Part shown: piece by piece, positions 10,686-22,310 of the stretch
How positions within the stretch are numbered: the first letter of the stretch is position 1
Layout: every line of letters starts with the position of its first letter
Source: an uncultured Actinomycetes bacterium
GTDB lineage: Bacteria; Actinomycetota; Thermoleophilia; RBG-16-64-13
Direction of reading: 5' to 3'
Assembly: GCA_963706025.1 (NCBI GenBank)
Contig: CAVPLM010000003.1
Span: 224,001 to 288,000 of the forward strand
DNA: 64,000 bases
Notes under the pieces: model-generated
What the model was told of the DNA's origin: nothing
What the model saw: only the letters and a program-made list of their open reading frames with translations
The model's database searches: none
Position numbers and translations under genes: made by a program

Positions 10686-10964
10686 ATGGATGTCGAGCTG
10701 GTGTCGATCGTGGACGGTGAGCCACCCGATGCTTACACCGTCACCTTTGACGTGATCTACTCCGGCGAGACCTGGTGTAGGTCGATCATTGGTGTCGACG
10801 CGCGGTCGCCGCCGGGCTGGAGCGCGAGGAATACGAGATCGTACGGGCTGCGCGCGACGCCCTGCTGGAAATACTGGCTACGGAAGCGGAACCGGTCTCC
10901 TTTCAGTTGCGGCTCGCCGCCTGCGGCACGACGGTTCTCGCGCGGGCTACGCCGGGTGGCGTAG
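10686..10964 (+). CDS. Small hypothetical protein, probably frameshifted near 10805
   Basis: GGAG RBS and ATG, MDVELVSIVDGEPPDAYTVTFDVIY...; a shifted frame continues LEREEYEIVRAARDALLEILA. Confidence 0.4.
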   Translation: MDVELVSIVDGEPPDAYTVTFDVIYSGETWCRSIIGVDARSPPGWSARNTRSYGLRATPCWKYWLRKRNRSPFSCGSPPAARRFSRGLRRVA

Positions 10965-13212
10965 TCTCCCACGATCCACTCGTCGGTCCAGGCAGGGCGC
11001 GATGGGGCCTGACCGGAATCGAGGAGCGCCACCCACTCCTCGTCGGTTAGCCGTTTGTCCAGCGGGACGGTGAACTCGTAGTAGGCGTAGGCGGCCCCGG
11101 CAAGCAGCTGCATCTGCCGTCGAGCTCGAAGGCCGCGTACAGGGCCAGCGGGATACCCGGTCGCCTCCTCCAGCGCCTGGTTGGAGTTGTAGCTGGTGTG
11201 CACGTCGGCCACCAGCGGGCTTTTCTCTGCGGTGGGTGAGAGGGTGCGCCCGTCTTCTTCGTCGTCGAACTGCTCCAGGGTCTCCAGGTAGTGCCCGTAC
11301 TCGGCGATCGTCGTCTCTTCGTCCAGGGTGAGCTCCGCGCCGGCCAGTTCCTTCTCGGCGATCGACGCCAGCGTACTCAGCCAATCCGATCATCATCTCC
11401 AGCTTGTTCGCGGATTCGGAGTCGATCAGGCCGTATCTCATGAGGCCCTCGCGCAAGGTGGTGGCCAACTCCGCGATCTTGGCGTAGAAGGCCGGGTATG
11501 GCTCCACGTAGCCCGCAGCCTCCGGCTCCTCGCCTCCCCCACCTTCCGCCGTCACCGACTGCTTGGCGTAGAGGATGGTGTCGTGGCGTAACTCGGTCCA
11601 GCTACCCAGGGCGGTGTTCAGGCTCTTGCGCGCCCACACCCGAGACTTCATGAAATCGGGCGCGCCCTCGGCTGGGAAGGCCATCACGTGCTGCAAGGAT
11701 TCAAGCCAACCGGTGTAGAGATTGACCGGCCACAGATCGGGGCTGCGCTCGGTGAACTCCTCGTTGACCTTCTTGATCTGGCTCTCCCAGTTCTTGTACC
11801 GATCCTGCTCGAAGTCTTCTTTCGCCAGCTGGTAGGCCTGGTCGGAGCCGAGCACCGTCATGATGTCGAGGCCCATGGGCAGGTCGCGCTTGCCTCAGGC
11901 GGCTGCTCTTCGCCCACGTACGCCCACACCAGTTGCTGGAAGGCGTAGGAATCGGGGATGTAGCGCTGGCCCATGACCCGGAAGCTCCGCTCGTTCTCCT
12001 CCCGGTTCAGGGTGTCGCCGGCTAGCGCGGACCGCGCTCGTCAGGATCTTGGGGGCGGGGAGCTTGTTGAGCTCTTCCCGCACCGTCGCGATCTTGCCTG
12101 CGTCGGCCAGGGCGTCGGGGGCCGGCTGGGCGGTGCCGAACACCTGCTTGATCACCGTCTGCATGTCGTCCACGGTCAGGTCGTCGGCCCGGCCGACCAG
12201 GAAGCTGGTGGGCTCGTACACGGCCGTCCAGGCCTCCTTGGCCGGTCCCGCCAGCGACGACGGGATGAGGATCGCCCGGCGGGTGAGGCTCGCGGCCAGC
12301 TCCTCGGGGACGTCGGGGTCGCGCGGGTTGATGAAGAAGCCGGTGTGGCCGTACCACATCATGGCCTTGAAGTAGCGCTTGAGCTCCTCGCTGCGGGTGT
12401 AGTGGCCGCGGGGCTTGTACTGGCTGTAGTCCTCGGTGTAGCCGAGGATGGGCGATTTCTCCGTGCCGCCGGCCCCCTCGATCAGGGCGAGCTCGGCGTC
12501 GGCCAGGTCGCGAGCGCGCGTCCGGGCCGCCGTCCCGGTACGATCGGTCCCTTGAGCAAGCGAGTCTGCGCCACGGCGAAGTAGGCCATGTTGAGTCGGG
12601 CCTCTTCTTGATGGCCGGGTCGGTGGCGGCGTTCCACTGGTCGAAGGCGGCGGCATACAGCGCCTCGGTCATGACGATGGCCTGCTCGATAGAGCGCGGC
12701 CTCTTCCATGCGCTGGAGCAGGGTGTCGAAGAGGCCGTGGTAGGCGTTGAGCACGGAGTCGGTGGTGACCAGCAGCGGCAGGCCCTCGTAGCGGGCCTCC
12801 TCGTAGACCTGCCAGAACTTCCAGGGACCCTCGCTCGGGCGGCGTGGCTACCGCCACGAAGCTCTGTCGGGCGAGCACCTGTTTCTGCGCCGCGGACAGG
12901 CCGGCTTCATCGAGATTGACGATGGCGTCCAGATCGACCGGCTGAGACATCGAGGTAGTCCGGTTCTTCGTAGGGGCCGGTCAACGAGGCCTGGGCCACT
13001 CCTTCGGACGCGTTGTTCGCGGCGGGGCTCGAAGTGCTGGTGGACGTGCTGCTACTGGTAACGCCGGCGGCAGCGCCGCCGGACGGGTCGGTCGGCGATG
13101 TCGTGCCGGTCTCTCCATCGCTGCAGCCGAGGACGGCGAGACTCAGGGTGAGGATGGCGAAGATGGCAATGAGTCCCGTGACACCGGAAACCCGTGACCA
13201 AGATCGACGCAT
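10961..13212 (-). CDS. DUF3160-family secreted lipoprotein, split by about five or more frameshifts; 3' end approximate
   Basis: LAVLGC lipobox; fragments YSQYKPRGHYTRSEELKRYFKAMMWYG, LNTALGSWTELRHDTILYAKQS, GYVEPYP, ADVHT, RLTDEEW. Confidence 0.8.
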
Positions 13213-13341
13213 CGAGTTAGAAGGTGCCGCCTAGGCGATGCCGGGTGAGTATCTGCGCGCTCCATGGTCGTCCCCTCCGCTGCTCTCAGGTTGCCACTTG
13301 ATTGCTCGATAGATGCCCACCTACTATGTTCGCGGGCGAAT

Positions 13342-13380
13342 GTCACATCGCGGCGACAGACCTGTAACGATCTGGTTACA
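13342..13380. promoter_or_regulatory. Four GTnAC-like half-sites at 11-bp period upstream of the DUF3160 gene
   Basis: GTCAC 13342, GCGAC 13353, GTAAC 13364, GTTAC 13375. Confidence 0.6.
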
Positions 13381-13452
13381 GAGGGGCCGGTACGGGCCGA
13401 TCCCCCCTGTTCGCTCGTCAGACGGAACCGCGACGCGGGGTCCGCGCTACCG

Positions 13453-14091
13453 TCACGGTTGGGTAGCCGGTTCGAGGGCCGTGAAACCGAAACCGTTCCA
13501 GCGATAGGTCGTGGTCTGAACGCCGCCTCTGCCGAGGTGGATTCCTCGGTGAGCACGATCAGGTCCCCGGCACCGGCGAGGCCGCCGAGTCGCCGGCGAC
13601 CGGTAGCGCCCGCGTCGTCGCCGCGGGCGCGCTCTCCGTCAGTGACGAGCTGCAGCGAGAGCGGCCGGGGTGTGAGAGCACTCGGTGACCAGTCGCTCCC
13701 GGTACTCGCCCCCCATGTAGGCGAAAAGCCCGAGGTGGCGGCCGTCTGGGCCATCGAGAAGAGTCACCACCTCGAGCAGGCCGTTGCGGTCGGTGTCGCC
13801 CAGAGAGCCTTCGACTACCCGCCACTTCTCCCGGCTGCGGTAGACGGTCGCGCCATCGGTGATGACAAGCCGGCCGGAGTTCCCCTCTATGAGGATCTGT
13901 TCGGCGACGCCGTCTCCGTCGAGGTCGGCGGAAAAGGTGAGCGTCGTGCGTAAGCCGGTCTCCCGAGCGGCCGAGAGGGGCTCGGTCTGCGAGCACCCCG
14001 CTGCGAGCCAGGCCGTGTCGCCAGAGAACGGCCGAGAGTCAGGAGCAGCGCTGCTAGGAGCTGCGGCTCTCCGGTGGCGGCGCAAGGGCAT
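13453..14091 (-). CDS. Putative lipoprotein with FG-GAP/VCBS-like repeats, frameshifted
   Basis: LAAGC lipobox, ADLDGDGVAE and GDTDRNGLLE motifs; a shifted frame ends TYRWNGFGFTALEPATQP*. Confidence 0.55.
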
Positions 14092-14138
14092 GTGGCGCCC
14101 AGCGGCGAGGCGCTCGCCGGCGCGCGGGCGCGCCGTCG

Positions 14139-14512
14139 CTACTTGGCGGCCTGTCGGGCGCGGTAGTCGTCGATGGCGGCTTGCAGCCCATCGGCGGCCA
14201 GGTTGCTGCAGTGCATCTTGGCCGGGGGAAGCCCCCCAACGCTTCGGCCACCGCCTTGTTGGTGATCTCCATCGCCTCGTCGAGTTTCTTGCCCTTGGCC
14301 ATCTCCGTCACCATGCTGGACGTGGCTACCGCGGCTCCGCACCCCAGGGTCTGGAACTTGATGTCTTCGAGCGTGTCGTCCTCGACCTTGATGGTGATGC
14401 GCATCATGTCGCCGCACTGCGGGTTGCCCACTTCGCCCACGCCGTCGGCATCCTCGATGACTCCCATGTTGCGAGGGTTGCGGAAATGCTCCATGACGAG
14501 TTCCGAGTACAT
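14139..14512 (-). CDS. iscU: Fe-S cluster scaffold IscU/NifU-N, frameshift near 14235
   Basis: MYSELVMEHFRNPRN, GNPQCGD, FQTLGCGAAVATSS, then LPPAKMHCSNLA in the next frame. Confidence 0.92.
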
Positions 14513-14513
14513 G

Positions 14514-15700
<1,187 letters not shown>

Positions 15701-15719
15701 GGAGCCCCCGTCGGGTCGC

Positions 15720-15983
15720 TCATTCGCGAACGTGGTTCCCGGACTCACTAGGTCCGCGCGCGCCCTCCCCGGCTTCGGTAAGGCATACGGCCCAGTCGGG
15801 GCACATGTCCGAGCATAGACCGCAGGAGGTGCAGGCCTCAGGATCTGCGAGATAGGGCGTGCCGTCCCCTTCGACCCCGATGGCATCCACGGGGCAGAAA
15901 TGGCTACAGATGCCGCAGCGCTTGCAACGCGTCAGCGAGAAGATCGGCACCTGCTTCTTGGTCTTGTCCTTGGTGGTAGCCAC
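15720..15983 (-). CDS. 2x[4Fe-4S] ferredoxin
   Basis: CKRCGICSHFCP and CTSCGLCSDMCP; GTG start at 15983. Confidence 0.88.
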   Translation of the reverse strand: MATTKDKTKKQVPIFSLTRCKRCGICSHFCPVDAIGVEGDGTPYLADPEACTSCGLCSDMCPDWAVCLTEAGEGARGPSESGNHVRE

Positions 15984-16085
15984 GGCGCTATTGTATATCA
16001 GCGGCCTGGCTTGTGAGGCTCCAAGCGGCGACGCGTGCGAGCGATCGAGTTCGACCATCACGGAACGGCCGGTGGTAGCCGGGTC

Positions 16086-17152
16086 TTAGGTGCGCTCCCG
16101 GAGCCAAGCCGAGGTCTCGAAGCTGAGGCGGAAGCAGCGTTCGGCCACCTCCAAGGGCAGCGCGCCGGTCCCGCAGGCCGGGGAGACGAACGAGAGGGCG
16201 AGCACCTCGTCTACCGAAATCGCTCCCGTCTTCTCCAGAGCCGCCGCGCCGGCGAGCACCTGGCGCGCGGTCTCTTCCGCCTTCAGGGCCAAAGCCCGGT
16301 CGTCGTTGGGGACCACACCCCAAGCCAGCAGGCCGCCTTCGGCGGCGAAGGCGGCGAAGGCCTCACGCTGAGTGACCACTGAGTCCAGGAAATCGGCGGC
16401 GTCGAAGGACAGCAGGTCGAACGGCAGGTTCACCACCGACTCCCAATCGGCGCCACCACAGACGTGGATGCCGGTCAGACAATCCAAAGGAGCCAGACAC
16501 TCCTCCAAGAGGGGATAGCAGAGCTCCGGAGGCACGTTGACGAAGGCCGAGCCCATCTGAGCCATGTAAGGCTCGTCGAATACGATCAGCGGCACAGACG
16601 CGGGTGCCCATGCGAGCAGCAGGTCCTGCTGCCAACGGGCCTTGTTGGCCAGGAGCGTGGTGGCGAGTTCGCGCTGTGTGTCGTCGTACAGCAGGCTTCG
16701 CTTGTCCTCGCGGAGGACGGTAAGTCCGAAGGAAACCGGACCCGTCACCTGGCCCTTGACGAAGGCAGGGAGAGCGCCGACCTCAGTGAGCGAGCGCAGA
16801 GCAGACACGAACGCAGTGATGCCCGCGGCGCGATCCGAGGAGATCGCGAAGAGGCTGGGATCATCCTGTTCCAATCGATCCAGGAAATCCGCCACCTCGT
16901 CGGCCGGGGGCTCGTCGGTCACGTGGAAACGCTGCGCTCGGCATCGACGATGGCGCCCGGCAAACCCTCGCCGAACTGCACGTACATGTTCTCGAGGAAG
17001 GAGCGGCGCGGGAGTTGCGGCCAGGCCGGGATCTCCGGCGTCCAGCGCAGGATGAAGTCCATGGCCTGCCGGGCGTCTTCATAGGGAACGGACCCGATGG
17101 CCAGGGCGCGCAGCGCGGCCGGTCGACCGGGCGGGAACCGCGCCGAAACCAC
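16086..17152 (-). CDS. Core (single-domain) MetE-like methionine synthase, MesB-like; frameshift near 16920
   Basis: IGSVP, IPAWPQLPRRSFLENMYVQF, VKGQVTGPVSFG, DEP, GIHVCG and SPACG Zn ligands, LSFDA, LAWGVVP. Confidence 0.75.
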
Positions 17153-17206
17153 CGGCCGCGGAGGCGGCGCGTGCCGCCGCGACCCTATCGAGTCCTCTGA
17201 TCCTGG

Positions 17207-19492
17207 TCACGCTTCCTGTCCTCTCAAGGACGTGAGTCGCGGCACACCGTACCATGTGAACAAGGTCCTTACCCACCCGTGACGCTTTCGCAAGCGGGTC
17301 GTCACTTCCTGGCGCAGTATCTCGGCCCGGTCGAGATCGGCCTGAGTAGCCTGGTAGCCCCCGAACAGTACGGCGTCGGTACGTGCGATCAGGACGGGAT
17401 CCGGATCGATGCCCAAGCGAAGGTCGAGCGCGGAGAGCGTCTCCTCGAGAGTCTGTGAAGGGGCTACGGCGATACCGTAGTCGGCCATCTCGCTCCGGAG
17501 TAGTGCCAGCGATGCCTGCAGACGCTGCTCCGGAGGGCCACGACGGAGGCGTCTTCTCCGCCACAGACTGCGCCCGACCGGCCAAGCGATCACCAGCACG
17601 GCCAGCCCTGCCAGCCACGGTACCCAGGCGGCCCCGGCCAGCCATCCTCGTCCTTCGTTCCCGGCGCTCGCGCCGCCGGTCGGCTCGTCTTCGGGGGAGT
17701 TCGGTCTGCGGGGCTCGGTGGTCACGGTCCCCGGCTCGGTGCTGCCGGTGTCGACGAAGGGGTTGATGAAGCCCGGGCTGGTCGAGGAAGCTCCCGGAGT
17801 GGGGATAGTATGCTCCAGCCCGGGGGTGGGGTCGAAGGCCACCCAGCCGATCTGGGGGAAGTAGACCTCCACCCAGGCATGGGCATTGTTGGTGCTCACG
17901 GTATAGGTGTCCGGGCTCGACTCATCCAGTTCACCGCTCGTGAAGCCCACCGCCACCCGAGCCGGGATGCCGTTGTAGCGAAGCAGCAGGGCCATGGCCC
18001 CGGCAAAATGCTGGCAGTAGCCGGAGCGGGTGTCGAACAGAAAAGCCGAGTAGGGGGAGGAGTAGTCGCTGGAAGGTGGGGTGAGCGAGTACTCGAAGAA
18101 GTTGCGCAGATAGCGCTCGATGCGCAGGGTGACCTCGTAGGGGTCGGTGGCCTCGCCGATGATCTCCCGGTTGAAGGCGTAGAGGTCCACCCACTCCCCA
18201 CCCCCGGGGAAGCTGTCCGGCACGGTGCTTCGCCAGCTGGCTTCCTGGTCGGGGCCCTCGATCCGGGAGGCGGGGAGGAAGGGCAGGCCCAGGTAGCGAT
18301 CCAGAGCCTGGGGATAGTCGCTTCCCTTGCCGACCACGTCCGTGGGCTTAAGATCGGGGATGACGGCGGTGACTCGGTAGGCGAGCGTGGGCCCCAGGGC
18401 TTTGTTCGAATGGAGGGCGCGCACGTCGTTGGTACGCAGAGCGAGATCCTGGTCGATCCTGAACGACCGGGGGTCGCCTCCCACGAAGAGGTAGTTGGTG
18501 TAGACCGACTGCACCTGGAAGGACTGGGAGACGGTCAGCCCCGGAGGTGTGGGCGCCACCTCCGGTACGGAGTAGACGTAGGAGTCCCCGCTCCGCGTAG
18601 GCTCCAGGCGCTCAAGGAAGGCCTGGACCGCAGTCCAGGCGTTGCCGGTGAAGGTTTCGAGCGCGTTGGCCCGCCAGTAGGAAGGCGAGGGCGAGGTGAC
18701 CTTCATGATCATCACATCGTTGGCCGGGTCCAGAAGCCGGGGGTAGTTCTGCAGCCAGTTGAACTGGTACACGGAGGGGCCCCGACCGAAGGGGTCCCAG
18801 GTGCGCCAATCCTGCCAGGGGGTGGCCACGGCGGATGGTGCCGCGCCCAGGAGGAGCAGCGCGAGTAGCGCTGCCACCACTCCCACCGCTCCTCCGGCCA
18901 GGGTGTCTCGAAGCGCCCACTCTTCGCGCTTGAGGCCTCGGGCGAGAACCAGCAAGCAGGCTGCCAGGATGAGGAAGAGGAGGGCCGACCAGAGCACTCT
19001 GGGGGCGCCGTCGACCGTGAGACTGAAGCCGAGAAGCACCAACGTCAAGACGATCCCCGGGACGGGTCTGCGCAGGCTGAGGGACAAGAAAGCGGCCGCC
19101 CCGACGAGCCAGTAGACGCAGAACGCCAGCAGGAGCTGCAACTCGGGGACGTCGGTGGACGTCAGGGGGAAGACCTGGCTCAAGTATGCGTCTGTACCCA
19201 GCCGAAGCTGTTCCGTGTAGAAGTGATACTGCCCACCGACACCCTCGACCAGCGCCGGGATCGGGATGATGGTGCGCAAGAGAAGGTAGGCTCCGACGGG
19301 CAGCAACACTAGACTGAGGGGCCAGAGCTTACGGTGGACGAGGCCGGGTGCACCGCAGAGCGCGGCGACGATGACGGTCCGCACAAGGATGGTGGCCATG
19401 GATGGTTCCACCACCCGATCGAGCGCCAGCGCCCCCACCACCGCTAGGCCGCTGAAACACAAGAGATAGAGAATCTTTGGCAAGATCTTCAT
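17207..19492 (-). CDS. Membrane transglutaminase-like protein (TgpA type)
   Basis: N-terminal TM helices; GYCQHFA, GIPARVAVGF, HAWVEVYFP, FDPTP catalytic triad motifs. Confidence 0.9.
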   Translation of the reverse strand: MKILPKILYLLCFSGLAVVGALALDRVVEPSMATILVRTVIVAALCGAPGLVHRKLWPLSLVLLPVGAYLLLRTIIPIPALVEGVGGQYHFYTEQLRLGTDAYLSQVFPLTSTDVPELQLLLAFCVYWLVGAAAFLSLSLRRPVPGIVLTLVLLGFSLTVDGAPRVLWSALLFLILAACLLVLARGLKREEWALRDTLAGGAVGVVAALLALLLLGAAPSAVATPWQDWRTWDPFGRGPSVYQFNWLQNYPRLLDPANDVMIMKVTSPSPSYWRANALETFTGNAWTAVQAFLERLEPTRSGDSYVYSVPEVAPTPPGLTVSQSFQVQSVYTNYLFVGGDPRSFRIDQDLALRTNDVRALHSNKALGPTLAYRVTAVIPDLKPTDVVGKGSDYPQALDRYLGLPFLPASRIEGPDQEASWRSTVPDSFPGGGEWVDLYAFNREIIGEATDPYEVTLRIERYLRNFFEYSLTPPSSDYSSPYSAFLFDTRSGYCQHFAGAMALLLRYNGIPARVAVGFTSGELDESSPDTYTVSTNNAHAWVEVYFPQIGWVAFDPTPGLEHTIPTPGASSTSPGFINPFVDTGSTEPGTVTTEPRRPNSPEDEPTGGASAGNEGRGWLAGAAWVPWLAGLAVLVIAWPVGRSLWRRRRLRRGPPEQRLQASLALLRSEMADYGIAVAPSQTLEETLSALDLRLGIDPDPVLIARTDAVLFGGYQATQADLDRAEILRQEVTTRLRKRHGWVRTLFTWYGVPRLTSLRGQEA

Positions 19493-19513
19493 GACACGGT
19501 CATCTTGCCGTTC

Positions 19514-20917
19514 TCATTGGGCGCTCACCCGCTTCCGTCCGGTGCCCCAGAGGGACAGAGCCCGGATCAAGTCGTCGCCGTGACTGAGGGTCAGACAGGG
19601 GACACCGGCGGAGGAAAGCGAAAGCAACAAGCTCCGGGCCTCCGGGGAAAGCCCAACTTGCGCCGTTGGGGCGACCCCGGCACGCGGGTCGGGCTGGGTC
19701 GGGCTGGGGGGCGTGGTGCCGTCAGGGGCGGCGCCGGCCGGGTCGCGCGGGGGCAGGAAGGGTAGGAGGGAGGAGGAACCGGCTCCTGCCCCGTCCTTCA
19801 CCCCTGCGAACGACGCTCCCACCACGTAAAGGAACGTCAAACGCATGCCCTTTTCCCGCAAGCCGGCGAAGGTGCGCACCAACTGGTGATCGAGCGACAG
19901 GCTCACAACGGCGACGCTTTGCGAACGCAGCAGATGCGGACCGTCGAAGCGCAGGTGGCGCAGAGCGTTGGCCAGGGGAGCCGAAGCGTTCGGTCGGGCT
20001 TCAGCGAGGACTTCCAGCAGGGTGCGGCGCCCTCCCCCGTCGGCCGTCAGCCGCGTCTGCCGCCAGGTGTGCTCGTGACGCAGGAGACTGACTCCGCGGC
20101 CGGCGCGCAGAGCGAAATCGGCGATACTGCCCGTGGCGCGCACCGCCAGCTCGAAGTTGCTGTAGGGCGGCTCGCCCAGCACCTGCTGGGCCGTGCCGTC
20201 GAGCAGCAGGGTGATGTCGGCACCGGCGGGCTCCTCCATCTCGCGCAGCATCAAGACGCCGGTCTTGGCGGTGCTTTTCCAATCGATGTGACTGAGAGGC
20301 TCGCCGGGCTGATGTGGCCGGATCCCTTTGAATTCGGAGGCCCCCGGCGCAGGAAGGCCGTGCTGGCCTCCCCAGTCGTGCTTGAGGCCTATTTCCGGAT
20401 AGAGCGCGCAGGACTCGAGCAACGCGATCCGCGGATAGACGGTCACCGGCAGAGAAGCACTGACCCTGTGAACGGTGCTCGCGATACCGAGAGGGTCTTC
20501 GGCGACGACCTGTGCCGCAGGGAGCGTGTGGACTCCGCGATTCACCCGGCCGATGTGGGTCCTGATGGTCTTCTCCCCGCGGGGGGCCAGGCTCTCGACT
20601 TCCAGTTCGAGATCGCCCGCGCTGAGTCCCACCAGTTGGTTCCGTAGCGTGAGATGCGGCCCGGGAAGGTAGGACGCATTCTCGACACGGAGACTGAGCT
20701 CAGGCTCGTCACCGGCCACGGGACGCTCCGGGGTCACGGTTCGGGTCACGCGGATCCGGCGACCCGTGGCTGCCACCAGGAGCCAGGAGATGATCACGGC
20801 CCCCAGGAAGGCGAACGCGAAGAGGTACAACTCCCAGGTGCCGACCACCCGCCCGGCCAAATAGGTCCCGGCGGCGAGGCCCAAGAGGGCGAAGCCGCGG
20901 CCGGTGGGGCGAGGCAT
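19514..20917 (-). CDS. DUF58 (VWA-like) protein
   Basis: EDPLG, EFKGIRPHQPGEPLSHIDWKSTAKTG.LM.RE; lies between MoxR and transglutaminase. Confidence 0.88.
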   Translation of the reverse strand: MPRPTGRGFALLGLAAGTYLAGRVVGTWELYLFAFAFLGAVIISWLLVAATGRRIRVTRTVTPERPVAGDEPELSLRVENASYLPGPHLTLRNQLVGLSAGDLELEVESLAPRGEKTIRTHIGRVNRGVHTLPAAQVVAEDPLGIASTVHRVSASLPVTVYPRIALLESCALYPEIGLKHDWGGQHGLPAPGASEFKGIRPHQPGEPLSHIDWKSTAKTGVLMLREMEEPAGADITLLLDGTAQQVLGEPPYSNFELAVRATGSIADFALRAGRGVSLLRHEHTWRQTRLTADGGGRRTLLEVLAEARPNASAPLANALRHLRFDGPHLLRSQSVAVVSLSLDHQLVRTFAGLREKGMRLTFLYVVGASFAGVKDGAGAGSSSLLPFLPPRDPAGAAPDGTTPPSPTQPDPRAGVAPTAQVGLSPEARSLLLSLSSAGVPCLTLSHGDDLIRALSLWGTGRKRVSAQ

Positions 20918-20920
20918 GAT

Positions 20921-22024
20921 CTAGCCGCCGCCTTGGGGGACCGGCACCGTCTCGAGTAGTTTGGCCACCACGTTCTCGGCGCTCACGTCGCGCACTTTGG
21001 CGTCTGGGGACAGCATTATGCGGTGCGCGAGACAGCGCACTGCCAGGTCCTTGATGTCCTTGGGAACCACGAAGTCGCGGCCTCGCAACAACGCGAGCGC
21101 TTTGGCGGCTCTCATGAGGGCGATGCCGGCCCGTGGACTCGCGCCCAGATACACTTCTCGCTGCTGGCGGGTCGCGGTCATGATATCTACCACGTAGCGA
21201 CGCAGGGACGGAGCGACTCGGACCCGGGTCACGGCTTGGGTCATGGCAAGCACCTCGGAACCGTCCACGACCGGACCCAACTCGGCCAGCGGATTGCGCG
21301 AGGTCTGCTCGTGGATGATGGCTTCTTCCGCTTCCGCGGAGGGATAGCCCAAGCTAACGCGCATCATAAAGCGGTCGAGTTGGGCCTCGGGCAGGGGATA
21401 GGTGCCTTCGTACTCTATGGGATTCTGAGTGGCGATCACCATGAATGGCGGATGTATGGCGTGGGTGATGTTGTCGACGGTTGCCTGCCGTTCTTCCATG
21501 CACTCCAGCAGGCTCGACTGGGTCTTGGGCGAGGCCCGGTTTATCTCGTCGGCCAGCACGATGTTGGCGAAGATGGGACCGGGTCGGAACTCAAACTCCC
21601 CGCGTCTCTGGTCGAAGACGCTGACCCCGGTGACATCGCTGGGGAGGAGATCGGGGGTGAACTGGATGCGGGCGAAGCGGCAGTCGATGGAACGCGCCAG
21701 GGATTTGGCGAGCAGCGTCTTGCCGACTCCGGGAAAGTCCTCGACGATAACATGGCCTCCCGCCAGAAGGGCGACCACACATGCCCGGATGACCTCTTCC
21801 TTGCCCAAGATGACCGAGGCGATAGCACCCGCGATGCGGGCGGCTCGCCGGGCGACCTCCTGCATCTCGTCGTCCTGTAGGACGGCCATGCCTGGCGCGC
21901 CCGAGGTGGAGGAGGGGCTGGCGGTGACCATCGGGCCGGACGGCTCGGCGGTGATGGTCTGAGTGACATCGGTAGCATCGGCGGTCGCAAACGGGTCGAC
22001 GGGGCCTAGGATCCTATCGGGCAT
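20921..22024 (-). CDS. moxR: MoxR-family AAA+ ATPase
   Basis: PGVGKT, RIQFTPDLLPSDVTG, LADEINRASPKTQSSLLE, ATQNPIEYEGTYPLPEAQLDRF. Confidence 0.93.
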   Translation of the reverse strand: MPDRILGPVDPFATADATDVTQTITAEPSGPMVTASPSSTSGAPGMAVLQDDEMQEVARRAARIAGAIASVILGKEEVIRACVVALLAGGHVIVEDFPGVGKTLLAKSLARSIDCRFARIQFTPDLLPSDVTGVSVFDQRRGEFEFRPGPIFANIVLADEINRASPKTQSSLLECMEERQATVDNITHAIHPPFMVIATQNPIEYEGTYPLPEAQLDRFMMRVSLGYPSAEAEEAIIHEQTSRNPLAELGPVVDGSEVLAMTQAVTRVRVAPSLRRYVVDIMTATRQQREVYLGASPRAGIALMRAAKALALLRGRDFVVPKDIKDLAVRCLAHRIMLSPDAKVRDVSAENVVAKLLETVPVPQGGG

Positions 22025-22310
22025 GATGCCCCTCCCATTCTGTGAACCGGTAGTCGGCGGGATTACCTGCAATCTCGAGACCTGCGTCGAGGGCCGCGTC
22101 CGCCTCGGCCTCCGCGGCGGCACTACTGCTGCTACGACGTACGAGACCGGCTTCCGAGGTTCCGGCGACTCGTTGAGCCGCGATCGTCTCGGGAAGCCTG
22201 GGACGCAAAGTGGAGGCCTTGTCGAGATAGATCATGAATCGCTCCGCGCGGTGGTATCCCGTTGCATTTTACCCTGCTCACGGGCGTATGACACCCTGGG
22301 GGTGACTCGC

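Noticed and set aside
9115-10964. Long alternative-frame and antisense ORFs over nrdJ, and similar ones over ileS and the mft genes
   Set aside because: Shadow ORFs expected from high-GC codon bias; no protein motifs
17207-22024. MoxR-DUF58-transglutaminase as a novel system
   Set aside because: A widespread, previously described operon type
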